Source: Diadema antillarum (lineage: Eukaryota). From it: a DNA stretch of 64,000 nucleotides. The notes beneath the pieces are model-generated. The model had not been told where the DNA came from, ran no database searches, and was given only the letters and a program-made list of their open reading frames with translations. The translations under genes were made by a program, and so were the position numbers. Position 1 is the first letter of the stretch; the number at the start of each line of letters is the position of its first letter. The stretch spans positions 124,001 to 188,000 of the forward strand of contig NW_027271448.1 in the NCBI RefSeq assembly GCF_040938485.1. Direction: 5' to 3'. Of the stretch, positions 13,412 through 27,035 are shown piece after piece.

Positions 13412-13804
13412 TTAAAGGGTGTGTACAGTCCTTGTGGTGAGGATTTAGCTTTTAATATTTTGCAAAATATTCAGAAATCACTCTTATTATATGAGATGTC
13501 AAAGAGCATGCAGTGTTAAGGGGTATCAAAAGTTTATTTGATGAAAATCGGTTTTGAAATGGCCGAGATATCCAAAAACAAGGTGAAACAAAGAGATCCT
13601 AATAAAGTTGTGGCATGTAGTCTTTTATTATTATTACCTTTTTTGATATCTCAGCCATTTGAAAACCAATTTTCATCAAATAAACGTTGAATCCTTCTTG
13701 AAATTACATGCTCTTTCATATTTTATAAGAGGTTTCTCATTATCTCACTTAGAAATGTAAAAACATGAATTCCCACCTCAACCAGTACTGTACAGCCCCT
13801 TTAA
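13412..13804. mobile_element. Kolobok-type foldback MITE, family A
   Basis: TTAA-AGGGTGTGTACAGT...ACTGTACAGCCCCT-TTAA; close reverse complement of 56490-56881. Confidence 0.9.
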
Positions 13805-16316
13805 ACCATCGTTTACATAGTTTTCATCGTTTAAGGGGAGAGGAATGAATGAATAAATAAAGAGAACAAAAATAATTTTACAAAACAACCTGTTTAATCA
13901 TTGCCATCTGTTAATTCAACTTAATATCATTAATTAAATCTCACTTTCTGAAATTATCTGGTCGGTTTACACGTCACCAAAGTGGTTTGCAAGTACGAGA
14001 GTACACAGCGATTTACGGATGTCAGCAGTCCGAGAGTTAAGTAGTACACAGTCATACATTCATCACCACCTATGTACACTGACTACCTTTCTATAGATTA
14101 CAGGGAGAAAATGAATTCTAAACGGAAATAGGTAATTAATTAATGTTACTTCCCATTAGTATACATTAACTCATCCTGAAACAGTAGCATTGTAGTTTCG
14201 CACTTTTTTATCAATAATGTGTTGGGGGTGGAGAAAAATACGCTTGATCTGCAGCTGGAGTTAAACTGAATAATGAAATATCATCAGTGGTAGGAAAGGG
14301 ATGGAATATCATGAAGGATAAAACAAAGCAGAACAACAAAATATACAAAATGAGCGCTCAAACAAGTAATATATAGTATTTAACAGCATCCATAACAGCG
14401 AGCATTCGGTTCTCCTTGCAAATCATGTCCCTAATTTAAAAAGACCATTAGCATAAAAGTTTTAGTTTTCTCTAAATAGACACTTACTTACCTCTCACAG
14501 AGAAGGGAAAACAACAGGCTGTAATCCGGGGGAAAAAAAAAATGTTGCAAATTCATTCATATATCCATAAATGTTAACCGCATTGGCCTGAAGAAAATAG
14601 CTCAGCTACGTTGAAAGTGGGATTTCCATATGAATGCAACCGACAAATCTTCGAAGTCAACGGAGTACCGGTAGACTGCTTGAAAGATTATGCACTTGAA
14701 TAGTTATTCGTTCGAATTGACAGGAACAAATCCTTTGAGTGGGGTCGAATAACTCACGGGCTACGGCACAATATGTCCCTTTCGATTAGGCATAATACAC
14801 AGACAAGCTAATGACATTCCCACAATACAATTGAATTTGACATAACGACGTGTATGGGACGCGGCGTCCTTCGATTCAACGGAGCAGCGGGCTCGTTATC
14901 CGGACGTGCGCTCGCTGGAGAGAGATGGCGGAGAATGGGGCAAATTGTGGAAAGGTGCGAAGTGTTACGTAACAAGAGGGCGCTTGAATAAAGAGGCTGG
15001 CAAATCAATGGCGATTTCGAAGTTTCTTTCCATCACTTTGATACAGTGTAGGACCTGGGTCTACTGGAGCTGTAGTGCTCCAGTTCAATACCTGCTCTCG
15101 TAAATCATAATGTACTCCATTTACTATGATAACAACATACATGTGTATGCGATTTGCTTGCAAATTAAAATCAACTACACAAATGTCTTAAAAATACAGA
15201 ACGAACTTAAAAATTCAAGAGGCCTTTTACGATTTGATTATCAGGTTTTAAGAGGAAAAAGTCGAGTTGTTTTTGAAAAGAACAAAGTTGACAATTTTTG
15301 CAATCCTAAGAAGAGTTGTGACAAGGTCTTTAGATGAAAGTCGTTGAAATAGAAATTGAAAATGTTTACATCTCCTACGAGTACAAGTTAGAATTACAAG
15401 ACTTCCCTTGAGAAAGAGATTAACCTTAGGGTTAAACCCTGGCAAAGACGTGGAGACTCTTGTCTACTGCTCAAATGAAAAGGAAAACGTATCCATGGCA
15501 ACCACCTCATGCCCAAAGTTTTTCATTTCTCATTTTGTTTTCTTCTGTCAAGGCCAAGGTTAAGTAAATAATGATCTTGTATTTCGTATTTCGTATTTCT
15601 CCTTTTTCTCTCTCTCTCTTTCTTCTCCTTGTTTTTATACACACATTATGTTATGGTGCAGCTGACGCGAATGCATGCACGTACAACTGTCTGTTCTCAA
15701 TACTTGTCATTTGGGAAATAATGCGAACATTATTTGAAACAGGAAAACATTCAAAAAACTCCTGTTAACTTAATGTCATTACATCTGCCTGTTTTGTTTA
15801 AGTAAGAACAAAACCCGACGAAGTTATTTTCACATAGTGGTCGAATGATAGTTGTTTCCAATAAGATAATTGTGTTGCCATGGCACATACAACAAAAGCG
15901 CAAGATGCAAATGTAAATGTAATAAGAAAATAAAGTGTATACACATAAGATATGTTATTATGATGTAGGACCTTATAGGCCTATATATTATAATGTGGTA
16001 GTAGTGCCTTTTTATTCTTTTTTTTATCCCATAACACATTTTCTGCTCATTTCGATTGTAATTAAAACCTGTTTAATCCTGTAGAATTCGGATGTAGTTG
16101 TTCCATTTTTTCTCTTTTTTTTTCATGGGTTAGATGAGCTATAGGGCCCTACAAAAATTTCGAATACCGAATACCGAAGATAGTAATAATTAAGGGGATG
16201 AACTTCACTATAACGTTGCTATCGATGTGAAAGTTTTTAGATGTCAGCTAGTGATATGAATATATTATAATATACATGGCGGTTAAAGGCATTTGCTTCA
16301 TCACATTACAATACGA

Positions 16317-16588
16317 CCCTGCTGCTGGAAAGAACAGTGTCCCACAGTGTGTTGACATAGTCGACTATGTGAAAACGCTCGAATTTAACAGTCTAGAGAT
16401 GATTTTTACACTGTCATGTGGTTTTTCTCAAAGTGTTCAGGTTGCGATGTTCTGTTCCACTATGTGAATTGTTGATTTGCAATAAGTTCACAGTATTAAA
16501 ACGATTGATTTTATTTTTTTGGAAGGGATTTTACACGGTGTTTCATAATATCATCACACTGTGGGACATTTCGTTCTCTCCAGCAGGA
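16317..16588. mobile_element. CCCTGCTGG-TIR MITE, copy 1
   Basis: CCCTGCTGCTGGAAAGAACAGTGTCCCACAGTGTG...CACACTGTGGGACA...TCCAGCAGG; interior matches 41783-42048. Confidence 0.8.
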
Positions 16589-17065
16589 AGACGTTTTGCA
16601 ATGATGACTAGTTATCATCTCTCGATTTACTCTATTGAAAGTAGAGCGGCATATGTGTATTCCCTTGACATCCCATCCTCCCTCCACCTTACGTAACTGC
16701 AGCCATTCCGCATCCCGTCTGTCAGTCACTCAGTTCATCAATGGATCGTCCATGAGATCACAAGAAGATATTTAACTGTGTCTCTTCAAAGCTAATAATG
16801 CGTGTGCGTTATGAATTCGTATTCACCGCGTATACGCCCCGTCCATTAGTCGGTCTATTGTGCGGCACGGGCGACAATGCAGCGCTATTTATGGCGTGCG
16901 CAATCAATAACTTCATGGCATTGCAATTTAACGTTGAACCTTTCTCGCTGCGTTTTGAAAGGTAATTCTGCACAAAGAAAGTCACTAAAAGTATCTTAGA
17001 AGTTAACTTCTCCAAGATGGATTGACAGAAGGAAGATTATGGTTCATTTGGCTTTACAGAACTGA

Positions 17066-17066
<1 letters not shown>

Positions 17067-17135
<69 letters not shown>

Positions 17136-17140
17136 AGAGA
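17067..17140. repeat. (GA)n microsatellite
   Basis: Direct read. Confidence 0.97.
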
Positions 17141-17942
17141 GAATAAAAAAACCTGGCGTTTTCGTCGACAACAAGTCTGTCTTGTTTACAAATCGATGTT
17201 TGTGATCGTCACACTCTGGTAGCGATGGACTCGATCTATTCATCCACCAGAATGTGCAGTAGAATTCATATTTCCCGAGAAGCAGATGCTCACTCGATTC
17301 TCTTGCAAAATGGGGCGCACGTCATGTGAAAACACGGAATGTAACCAGCCTGCATGACAGTTATAATGTTAGTTTAGTTTCCTAATCTTCATAATCAGAA
17401 GATATGATACAGGTACTTACGATGTTTACTACCAAGTGTGGGTATCGCAAATCTGACGTAACAATTAAAAGGCAGAGGCAGGGGTTGAAGGGTCAAAGAT
17501 CAGACAAGTATAGTCTCGGAAGATGTCACATAATGGCCATGACGGAAATGCGTACTAGTATAGTGTATATGGCACAGAAAATATTGTGAAAGATTCTGCC
17601 CTGAAATGAAAGCATTTTTATACAACCGTGACTTCTAAAGGCTTAATTTCAGAATTAGGGACTAATCAGAAGAGTTCAATAGGTTTCAGAATGCCATACC
17701 AATGATCATTCTTTATCTCAAAGTATAAATGGGTTCAACAGTGTCAATTTAGATATTTTGTGTATTTCTTTTTCTGGGAAGACGTACACCGATAGTATGT
17801 AAAAGTTGATCATGCAAAAATGTACAAGATAGATCATAGCAATTGTCAGACGGTAATCATTTGGATTTATACGAAATCCCCAAAGTCATTTAAACTTTAT
17901 GGTACATACTTTCAGTCATGTGCATGTAGAATTGTTACGCCT

Positions 17943-18311
17943 TTAAGGGATGGTCTAGTTTTGGTTGAGATGGAGGGGGGGGGGGGGGTGAGATTTTAAC
18001 TTTTAGCAAGGTATTAGAAACCCCTCTTGAAATAAAGAGCAAACAAATCCCAACAAGAATTCCATTTTTTTTAATGAAAATCAGTTTTGAAATGAAGTAC
18101 AAGGTGGATCCCTCATTTTATCATAAGAACCTCGTTATCTTTTGATATCTCAGCCATTTCAAAATCACAAATCTTCATCAAAAGAACTTTGAATATCTCT
18201 AAGAATTGTATGCTGTTTCATACTTCGTAAGAGGTTTCTCATCATCTCACAAATAAAGTTGGAAACCTGGGGGAAAGTCCCATTTCAACCAAAACGATAT
18301 CATCCCTTTAA
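17943..18311. mobile_element. Kolobok-type foldback MITE, family A
   Basis: TTAA-GGGATGG...CATCCCT-TTAA with the family A interior. Confidence 0.85.
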
Positions 18312-19801
18312 TACACAGATGGACTCATATATGTATACCCATCAATTCCTCGGCGAATCAGTATTAGCCTGCTCGCCACAAAATGTGGATCATGATACAC
18401 ATAATAAAATGTCGGTGATGATCATCCCTGTGACTTGACGTGAAATGGGCAACAAAGCAGGTAGGATCTAGCTGACGGCGAATATGTCATGTAGCACAAT
18501 GACGCGTGATTATTTCTCGTAAAAATAGGTCTCGCGGCCCCAAAAGCAACCGTAAAAAAGGAGAATTAACCCACATAATAATACATGCGTTATGGAGGTC
18601 GACCATTACTTTCTTCATGTTCGGATTTGGGACGGAAATCTTTTGTCGGGGGTGGGGGGAGGAGGGGGACGAATAAATTGAATGGGGATAAGACACACTC
18701 ATACATTTTGAAAATAAGTAAATGCGATTGGTTATCAATTACCTGAAGGGCAACGAAGGGTCGACTGCATGCCAACGGGCCCTATGTTGATGGGGGTCGA
18801 GCCCGGTCATAGACCATTCCGCAGTATACTACACTTCCACGCACCAAGAAACATTCACCTGAATTGAATCACCTCTCCTTTAAACTTGTTCAAGAAAATC
18901 CCGAAGTATTATTATATTACTGTAATCAGGCTAATGCACAATTTGCAGCATTAGCTGTTGCTATGTTGGGCAAGACTGGCGTAAATTTTCTCTTTATTTA
19001 CCACATCCTTTGTTCTAAAGGTATATATGCGTGAAAAAAAAAACAAATCATTTTTCATATGGACATGGTATTGTCCACTCTACACCGTCCCCCTTGGAAC
19101 ACATCACTTTTGGACAGTGGGTTGTGTTCAATCCAGCAAGATATATAGGCTAAGTAATGGAGACATAAATATTAACTTATACCATAAATGGGGGGGGGTA
19201 TCATAATGTATGATAGTTCTCGGTCAATTCTAACCAATCCGTATATAATATCCTGATGATATGAATCATTGTAGACCCTACTGGGCGTATTAGCTAATGA
19301 AGATATAAACCTTATAAATAAGTGCTTAGCAGTAGGTTGCAGGATATCACTCGACATAGATTTTTACAAGTCCCCTCTTCTATATTTTTTTTTTCTGTGG
19401 ACACTCTCTTGATGGAAGAAATGTTTTTATCCCCTCGCACAACCAGATCTCAACACCCGATTAAATCTGGTACGATCAGTTACATTTGCCATGATCATTT
19501 CTTCGCATTATTTCTTTTATATCAATACTCCTAAGAGAAAAGGCGTTCTTTGAATCCAAACAATAGACCGATTAGCGTACACTTTCAAATCTTATGCGTA
19601 CTGCATCACCGCAATTTTTGTAGTTTACAACGGGTCCAAACGATCCTGGACACCTGTGCGTATTGACAACAGCGATCATCATCATCATACTTACACCACT
19701 GGTATTGCCGAATAATGTCCTGGTCCCTATTACACATAACGAGCTCAGTATGTTGATGGCAAATTGGTAGGAATACATCCCACGATTGACGATGAGGCGT
19801 T

Positions 19802-19969
19802 TTATCCACGATTTCCCTCTTTCCCCTGGAGTGCTAGAAAGTTACCCGGTAGTTTTGTATAATTCACAACGGCAGAGCCACTTCGGAAGAAGAACGATGA
19901 TGCTAGCATCATGGCCAAGAGAGACCAAAACATCACCATCAGCATCAGGTGGTCGGGCGTCAATGTCAT
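19802..19969 (-). CDS. Candidate small ORF or first exon with a signal peptide (55 aa)
   Basis: MTLTPDHLMLMVMFWSLLAMMLASSFFFRSGSA-VVNYTKLPGNFLALQGKEGNRG*; possible donors after 19846 (G|GTAACT) and after 19695 (T|GTAAGT). Too short for the ORF track. Confidence 0.3.
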   Translation of the reverse strand: MTLTPDHLMLMVMFWSLLAMMLASSFFFRSGSAVVNYTKLPGNFLALQGKEGNRG

Positions 19970-22514
19970 CAATAATATCGTTGGTTGTTGTCATATCGGA
20001 AGTTGTGAGGTGCGTGGATGATTTGAGCTTATTCCCATTCCTCCTCTTCCGTTGGATATGTCAAACTCATTGTAAATTCAATGAAGAAACTTGATATATC
20101 TTGGACGCAAATTAATAGATACAGTATTGGGAGTTTTCACTGTGATAACGGAGCGTAACGTGACAGAATTATGAATTTTGTATTTAAGTCTACCTCATCA
20201 AACTTTTAATCTAAATTATGTTGCTGTTGCGTGGGGGGAATACCCAAGCAAATAAAACTAGCAGAGTCAAGGCGATTCTTTTTTCTTCTTGATTGATAAG
20301 TACAGTCCACCATCAGGTGTATAGTTGTACTATTTGGCAGGTCTGGTGTGGTAACATTCCTACATCTTACTATTACTTACCATACTTACATCTTACTTTC
20401 AAGGAAATTATATCACTGGATGTTTGTGTGGCACAAGGTATATAGCTGTTTTATTATTAATTGATTTGGATGGAGTTTGTGGCAGCGAAAGTGGGTGGCA
20501 GCTATAGGGAGCTTCTGAAAGATAAACGTGGCCAAGATGAGTTAGTGTTTCAAAGGATTATCTCACATATCAGATGATATACATTGTAGAGGGATGTTGT
20601 TTTTTAAAATACCATGCATTCCGTCTAATTGTACCACACGTGTATGACACGTTTCAATCACCGACATTTCACCTGACCTATATAATATTATATGGACAAT
20701 ATAACTGGCAATAACAAAAACTGGGAGACCAATGCTGAGACAGAATGTGTAAAGGTTTGAACTGACTTTAATGGCCACTAAGGTAGGATATAAAAGTCTC
20801 TTGCCTAGGTGCATGACTGCTATCTGCCAGGGGTTCGAATCAAGGGACCCAACAGCATCAACATGTTGATTGGTTCATTGTTTGATTTTGAACGCAATAT
20901 TTCAGACAAAGTTTTGGCGTAGCCAAAGGGAGGCACCTAACTGTGCATATTGTTCAGTCAAATTATTGCATAGCTAGCAGAAGGATGATGTCACTACTGG
21001 AATATTGAAAAAGATAATTTTGAACTTTTTGTGTGTATTTTTAGAGTTGGGGCTTAACAGGGTATATAGAATAAGAAAAACAATGTTTCAAATTAGGTAA
21101 TGCACATTTTCAGGAAGTATCTAGGGATTTGATTATGGACATCCTTAGAAGGCATCAATAAAGAAGTCGATATGATAGTTGGATTTCAGGGACCTTTAGT
21201 TTTAAAGCAAATATCAGAGAGGCTACCCGGAATAAAAACGTCAGTGGTGGAAATGTGGGATGATGCTTAGCATATCATATAGCATATTTTATTTGAATAT
21301 CATTACAAACTTTTAAACTTTCCTTACCTTAATTACGATAACACCGCGGAGTGGTTTAGCCCTATTTTTACTGTCTACTGTATGCCATGCCGTATCCCTT
21401 ACAGTGTCCATGCCACCATTAACCTACCACCTGTCCGCATCAAAGAAAAACACTTCATATTGCATGTGTCCACTGAGAGGTGGGAATCAATTTCTCTCAA
21501 AGCTTAGTACTCCAGCTTCCATTCATGCGTGTTTATGGTGAAACATTACCTCATCAAGATGACAAGTTACTTAGTGTGCTATTCGCAATATACTCTTATC
21601 TTATTCGCTTTTTCATCTTTTCTTTGCAGAATATCATGTGCGGAGAGAATCTGCAAGAGCGAATTTTTTTTTTCCAGGTTTCTAGCACTTTCTCAGGAAA
21701 GAGCTATAACTCATTAATTGTAATGACATATCGGCGATAAACTCTGCATGTAGATGTTTCGTTTGACAGTTTTCACTATTTTTTACTAGACACGGACTGC
21801 ATATACCTGATGCATCTGCCAAACGATTCCTTAGAAGTGCGGTGTATGCTGTTGGTGAACAAAGTTTCACGTCTATGGCTTCGTTATTGTGCACAAGGGA
21901 GAGGGCATGATACGAGCAGTTACTCTATTACTACTAAGGCATAATAGGTTTGGACATGTATTGGACACGGAATACAAATAATCACTCTATATCTACAAAA
22001 ACACAGATTTGTCATCACATTTTCGTCTGGATTTGCGCCTTACAGAGATTGTACAAGACATAAGAGAGAGAGAAAGGTGGGAGGGGTTGAGATCAGAATT
22101 TTCTTGGGTTAATGCGCTGTGGCAACGGTCGTTTGGAGCACGTATGCAAAGGTGGTTTGAGATGGTAGTATGATACTAGTTGAAGCCTGTGACAACCGTA
22201 ATTGTACACGGGCCAAATCCATACAGTACGCCTAGTACTTAAAGAAATTCAAACAGATCTGGAAAGACCACAGCCCCCCTTTGAAATTAAAGCTTTGTGG
22301 GTAAATACCATGCCTGGTCCAGTTGCCATCATACGTTAACATTTCAGATTGTTGATATAAATGTATAATGGGCGTCGTCGGGGTAAGATACGAAAAGAAT
22401 GTTTGCATCTCTTCATATTTCAACGCATTAGGTTACACAATGAAGCCGTATGAAGTCAGAGATGTCGTCAACACCACCATCAGTAGTACAATACTTATTG
22501 TGCTCGTTTTAATA

Positions 22515-22705
22515 CAGTGTACTCTCGTTGCAACGAACGCGGTTATAACGAAATTCTCGTTAGAATGAAGTAAAAATCAAGGTCCAAGAATTATAATTCC
22601 TATATCTTTATGTAATTTAGGCCTACTGTTCGGCTATAACGAAATTTCGATATAACAGAAGAAAACTGCCGGTACTGAGGGCTTCGTTATAACCGTGATC
22701 AACTG
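22515..22705. mobile_element. Tc1/mariner (pogo/Tigger-like) MITE
   Basis: TA-CAGTGTACTCTCGTT...TTCGTTATAACC...ACTG, with repeated TATAACGAA subterminal motifs. Confidence 0.75.
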
Positions 22706-23524
22706 GAGACACCTGTACCATGATTATGTCAAATCAAGGAGGTACATGGCGAGAATATAATGCCTTCGTGGTCGCATCCAATCCTAAACAGCTCGGATAG
22801 ATGCTGAGAGATGCTGTGTTGCTTAAGGTGTCACGAGGTAATTACTTACCTCGACAATGCATATCTTCAGCATTAGATATTCCCCCTGTACAAACCACGC
22901 AAAATCAACAACGCGAACCATACAGTAAATGCAAAAACTTTAGCCTTCGGAAGGCCAACAGAATCCATACAAAAATAAGAGAGAAAGACAGAGAGAGAGA
23001 AAAATAAGAGCAGCTCTCGGAGAAAATGAAATTCAAAGAGACATTCATGTGGGACAATGATCGATGATGTTTTTGAGGGTTTGGACATGAAAAACTGCCG
23101 CATATCCTATTAGGGGAGCAAGATCTAAGAAAGCCTATTAGTGTGGGGTTTGCATAGGCGCGTAACATGTATACCTCGAACCTTCCATTTAAAGATTTAC
23201 CATAAGACTGCTGGCTTGTTTGTCTTCATGCGTTTGATGGTCATCTCATGTTTGCCATAACATACCAAGGATCTTTTGACTGGGGTGTATTTTTGATGCA
23301 GACGATGGCACAGTTGATATAGTGCTTCTTTACTAGCAAAATGTTTTGTCCGTTGGGCCCCAGCAACGCAGACCTGAGCAACGATTAAAATCACCTTATT
23401 CCTCAGGCGCCATATTTTGTAACTCAATTCTGATTGGTCAAATTTGAAGCACAGGTTGACTTCTCTTGGAGAGCCACGTTATATTTTATGGTTTTGTTTT
23501 GTTTTTGTTTTTAAACCGAGAAAG

Positions 23525-23650
23525 ATGAATGTAAATATAGATATGAAATATAACTATAAATATGAATACAAATATAAATATCAATATCAATATAGATATA
23601 CACATACATTGAAATTGAAATTGAAGTTGCATTTGAAATTGAAATGGAAA
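23525..23650. repeat. Compound hexamer repeat (AAATAT)n then (GAAATT)n
   Basis: Direct read; it accounts for the YKYEYKYKYQY/LKLKLK ORF. Confidence 0.85.
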
Positions 23651-24020
23651 TTATGGCTTACTCTTATGCCCCGGGGTCCTTGACGGCACTGCAGAATTAA
23701 AACGCCACTTTGCGACTATCCATGTTTTTTTTTACTTATCACATTTTTCCCCTCTTTATATGTTTTCCTTAAACAAATACTCCATAATGTGTCATGATGT
23801 GTAAGTATAGGGCCAATTCATACAATTCAGGACATGTCAATAAATTCCATTATGTATAGGCCTACCTGCCTACTGTATAGAAGATGGAATGCAGATATAA
23901 ACTGACATGAACTGAAGTGAAAATGTCATATAGACGCAGGCAAACCAAATCCAACATCGCCATTATCGTGTTCTAGTACTTTTTTGTGTGTGACTCAGAC
24001 TGGAAATAGCAGTGAATGAT

Positions 24021-24545
24021 ATTCAGTTCAATTCAATTCATTTTATTCAACCATTCAGTAAAAACATACGTAAACACATGCACAGACAAATAAAAAATGC
24101 ATGTAATACAAATAGTCAGAAGGTGTACACACAAATAAAAGACATTGAAAAGTCATAGACCCCTGTGAAGCACGGCTTGTATGGATGGGGCCCAGTAAGA
24201 AAATCCTATTCTGACATGTCTGACACAAAGCAAACTTCATATATTTATACAAACATTTTAAAAGTTTTACACAGCCATACCCAACCACTCACACTCAAGC
24301 ACTTTCGACAGTTTACAACTAAACGAAAATCATGCACAAACAGATTTTATTTAAAAATTTAGCAAAAATGTATAAGCACCATGCAGCGACATGATTTCAA
24401 AGCAATCAAAATGTCTCTTCCTATAGATTCACATGTTGTTAAATATTTTCCATTTACATAATACTTTAAAACTTGACAAAGTTGAGCATTCTTTTACATT
24501 CTCATTTAAATCATTCCATATGATATGACTGTATGACGTGAAATT
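24021..24545 (-). mobile_element. L2/CR1 LINE 3' end: ORF2 C-terminus, 3'UTR stem-loop and (TTGAA)n tail
   Basis: IWNDLNENVKECSTLSSFKVLCKWKIFNNM* (24521-24429); stem-loop GGGCCCC..TACAAGCCGTGCTT..GGGGTC (24193-24158); tail at 24021-24050. Confidence 0.8.
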
Positions 24546-26984
24546 CTAAAATAATATTCATCTTTGTGTCAGACTGTCTGGATTAGTTATTGTCGTTATT
24601 TTTATTTGTCATTAGCTATCCATAGTGACAGTGTATCAAGAAACTGATTTTTCATACTACAGTTTTTATTGGCGTATTTTATCGGATTTTGCTAGCATAC
24701 ATTATGGATCATGATATACATTTATATTTTGGTTTCGAACAGCATGAAATCATTATACCATTCCCTACGTTAAAAAAAAAAAAACTGTATTCAACTCAAG
24801 AAGCACGATACGCTAAGCGAAGCTTCACGATTAGATATATGCTGAATCGTACACTTCAGAAACCTGACACGAGTTTTTTTTTTGTACGCACTTCAACCCA
24901 TTTGATTTTTGATTGTTGTCTCTCTGTCCCTTTAATAGCCGAACTTGGCGCAAAACTCACGCTACGCAAAAGGATTTCAATGGATGAAAATACCAATCGA
25001 CTTTTTTTTTTTAAGTGACTGAAAACATGAAGCATATCTATACAAAATAATGTCAACTTTTTGTGAAAGGATAGAGCTGAAATAGACTGCGACGAAGAGG
25101 AAACTTATGTGTCCACGCCAGAGAAGAAAAAAGGTGGGCTTTTACATAGGTGTCGTCTTCAATTATTGTGCGTGGATATCGGCAATGAGGGACAAGAAAA
25201 AGAAGAAGAAACAATGTGTCTTCCTCGCCTCGTTAAACGCGCCAGGGCGCAGGAGCGGCGAATACATTCAGACTGCGTTATGAAAGACACGGCAGGTGAT
25301 TTCGGCACCTCTAATCGGCGAAGTTCTTTTCAACAGATCATAATTTTGTTTAATCCCCTGTTAGCTGTTTGTATGGCGCGGACCCATCATTCTAATAGCA
25401 TAATGGCACACTTACGGGCGGGCGGATTGACAGCGGCCCTGTTACCCTTTTTGCAGCCCCCTGTTGAAAAAAGGTCAATCGAACAGGGGCAAAAAAAAAA
25501 AAATCTAAAAAGTTTTTGTTGGTTCCTTGGTTACAAGCACGGCTTTCGTAACGAAACCTTTTTTTATTTTCTTTCTTTCTTTTAAATGTGCATCAATGAT
25601 GTTTTCGGGATGCCAAAGAAAAGAGCAAATTACGGCAAGTTGCAAAACACATTGAATTAGGGGGAAGTATCGACACTAGTTACCGAGATAAATTGATACC
25701 GGAGTGACTTTGAGGTTACTGGTGTAATCTATATCGCACTGGGTTATCCCCCGTAAAGGCTAAACACAGTAAACATGAAAAAAGAATAGGCCCTAGCTCG
25801 AGGAACCACTCTATAACCGCTCTCTGAGATATAAATATAAAGCGAATATTTGTGAGATGTCCTATCTGCAGAGAAATCAAATTCATTTTAAAATTGGAAT
25901 ACCGGGTGGGAAAAAAGTAAAATCAGGACGGTCTGTTTGTCATAGTATACAGTCAGCACACACATAATGCCCATTCAGGCAACTCTGTCCAGTGTTGACT
26001 AACAATTACACCCCTAAACAATTAATATGCTGAATGGATAACACGAGAGAAGAATTTCCCCCTGGGGTGAAATTGGAATCGGCATCGATTACATCTCCTG
26101 ATAACAGCCCAATATGAAAGAAATCTTTTAGGACAGGCAGCAGAGGAAATGAGCCAAACTTTAGACGAAATTCTCGACCTGTGGTTGATATCGTCCCCGC
26201 CATCTCTCTATTCGACACCACCAGTCAGATTCTTTTCATCTTAATTTGTGCGCTCACATCACATCAAATTGGCCACGCCAACGCAACGTCACGCCCGTCC
26301 AATAATTCGACGCCCACCAGACCAGGCGAAGTATACCCTGTCCCATTTAAGCACAGACATTTCATCGTTGCTCATTTATGATATCCATCTGCACTGAAAT
26401 CTGGTCATCATCACCGGCGTTATAGGACGAGCTATCCGCAAACCATTTGATTCTGGACGAACCAGAGGTAAATTCTTCCCAAATATGAAAAGAAAAACCT
26501 CACATTTATCAATTAACATCAGACGTAAGTGTGGAGAGAACCTTGCAAAAAGTTTCGTTCTGTTCAGTGTTCAGGAATTTAGTTGAACGATTTGCTGAAC
26601 ATTGAAATACGGTTTGTTGTGTTATCTTTTAATGATCCAACAAAGATTTTGTCGGATAACCCTGTACTCCTCTAAAAATGGGTCTTTCTACAATCACGAT
26701 CCAACTCGGTGTCTTCGTTCATCTAGTGCCGATACTTCTTCGAGTTCCATTGGCATGCCATTAATTGGGACAACAGATCTTCTTCCCACTTTGGTTCATA
26801 ATTCTCTCTATGGCATGTCTAGAACTCATTTTCTGTGAAACACCTCCTTTGTGAGACTTCCTAGCTGGAGAGAAATCAAATTCATTTCAATCTTCGAAAT
26901 TCACAGAATGATGTCAAGATCTCTTTTCGTTTCAGTAAGCCGAATGCTTTCCTGTAAATTTTGACTCTTTTCAAATGGCGCAAC

Positions 26985-26987
<3 letters not shown>

Positions 26988-27033
<46 letters not shown>
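26988..27033. repeat. (TA)n microsatellite
   Basis: Direct read. Confidence 0.97.

Positions 27034-27035
<2 letters not shown>

Noticed and set aside
20740-20860. GGTTCGAATC B-box suggesting a tRNA gene
   Set aside because: No cloverleaf or A-box; at most a very decayed SINE.
25109-25585. 158-aa ORF
   Set aside because: GTG start, runs through poly-A/T tracts and has no domain-like content; better explained as regulatory DNA.
26110-26250. Helical-looking peptide AQYERNLLGQAAEEMSQTLDEILDLW
   Set aside because: No usable donor site and it is short; consistent with chance.
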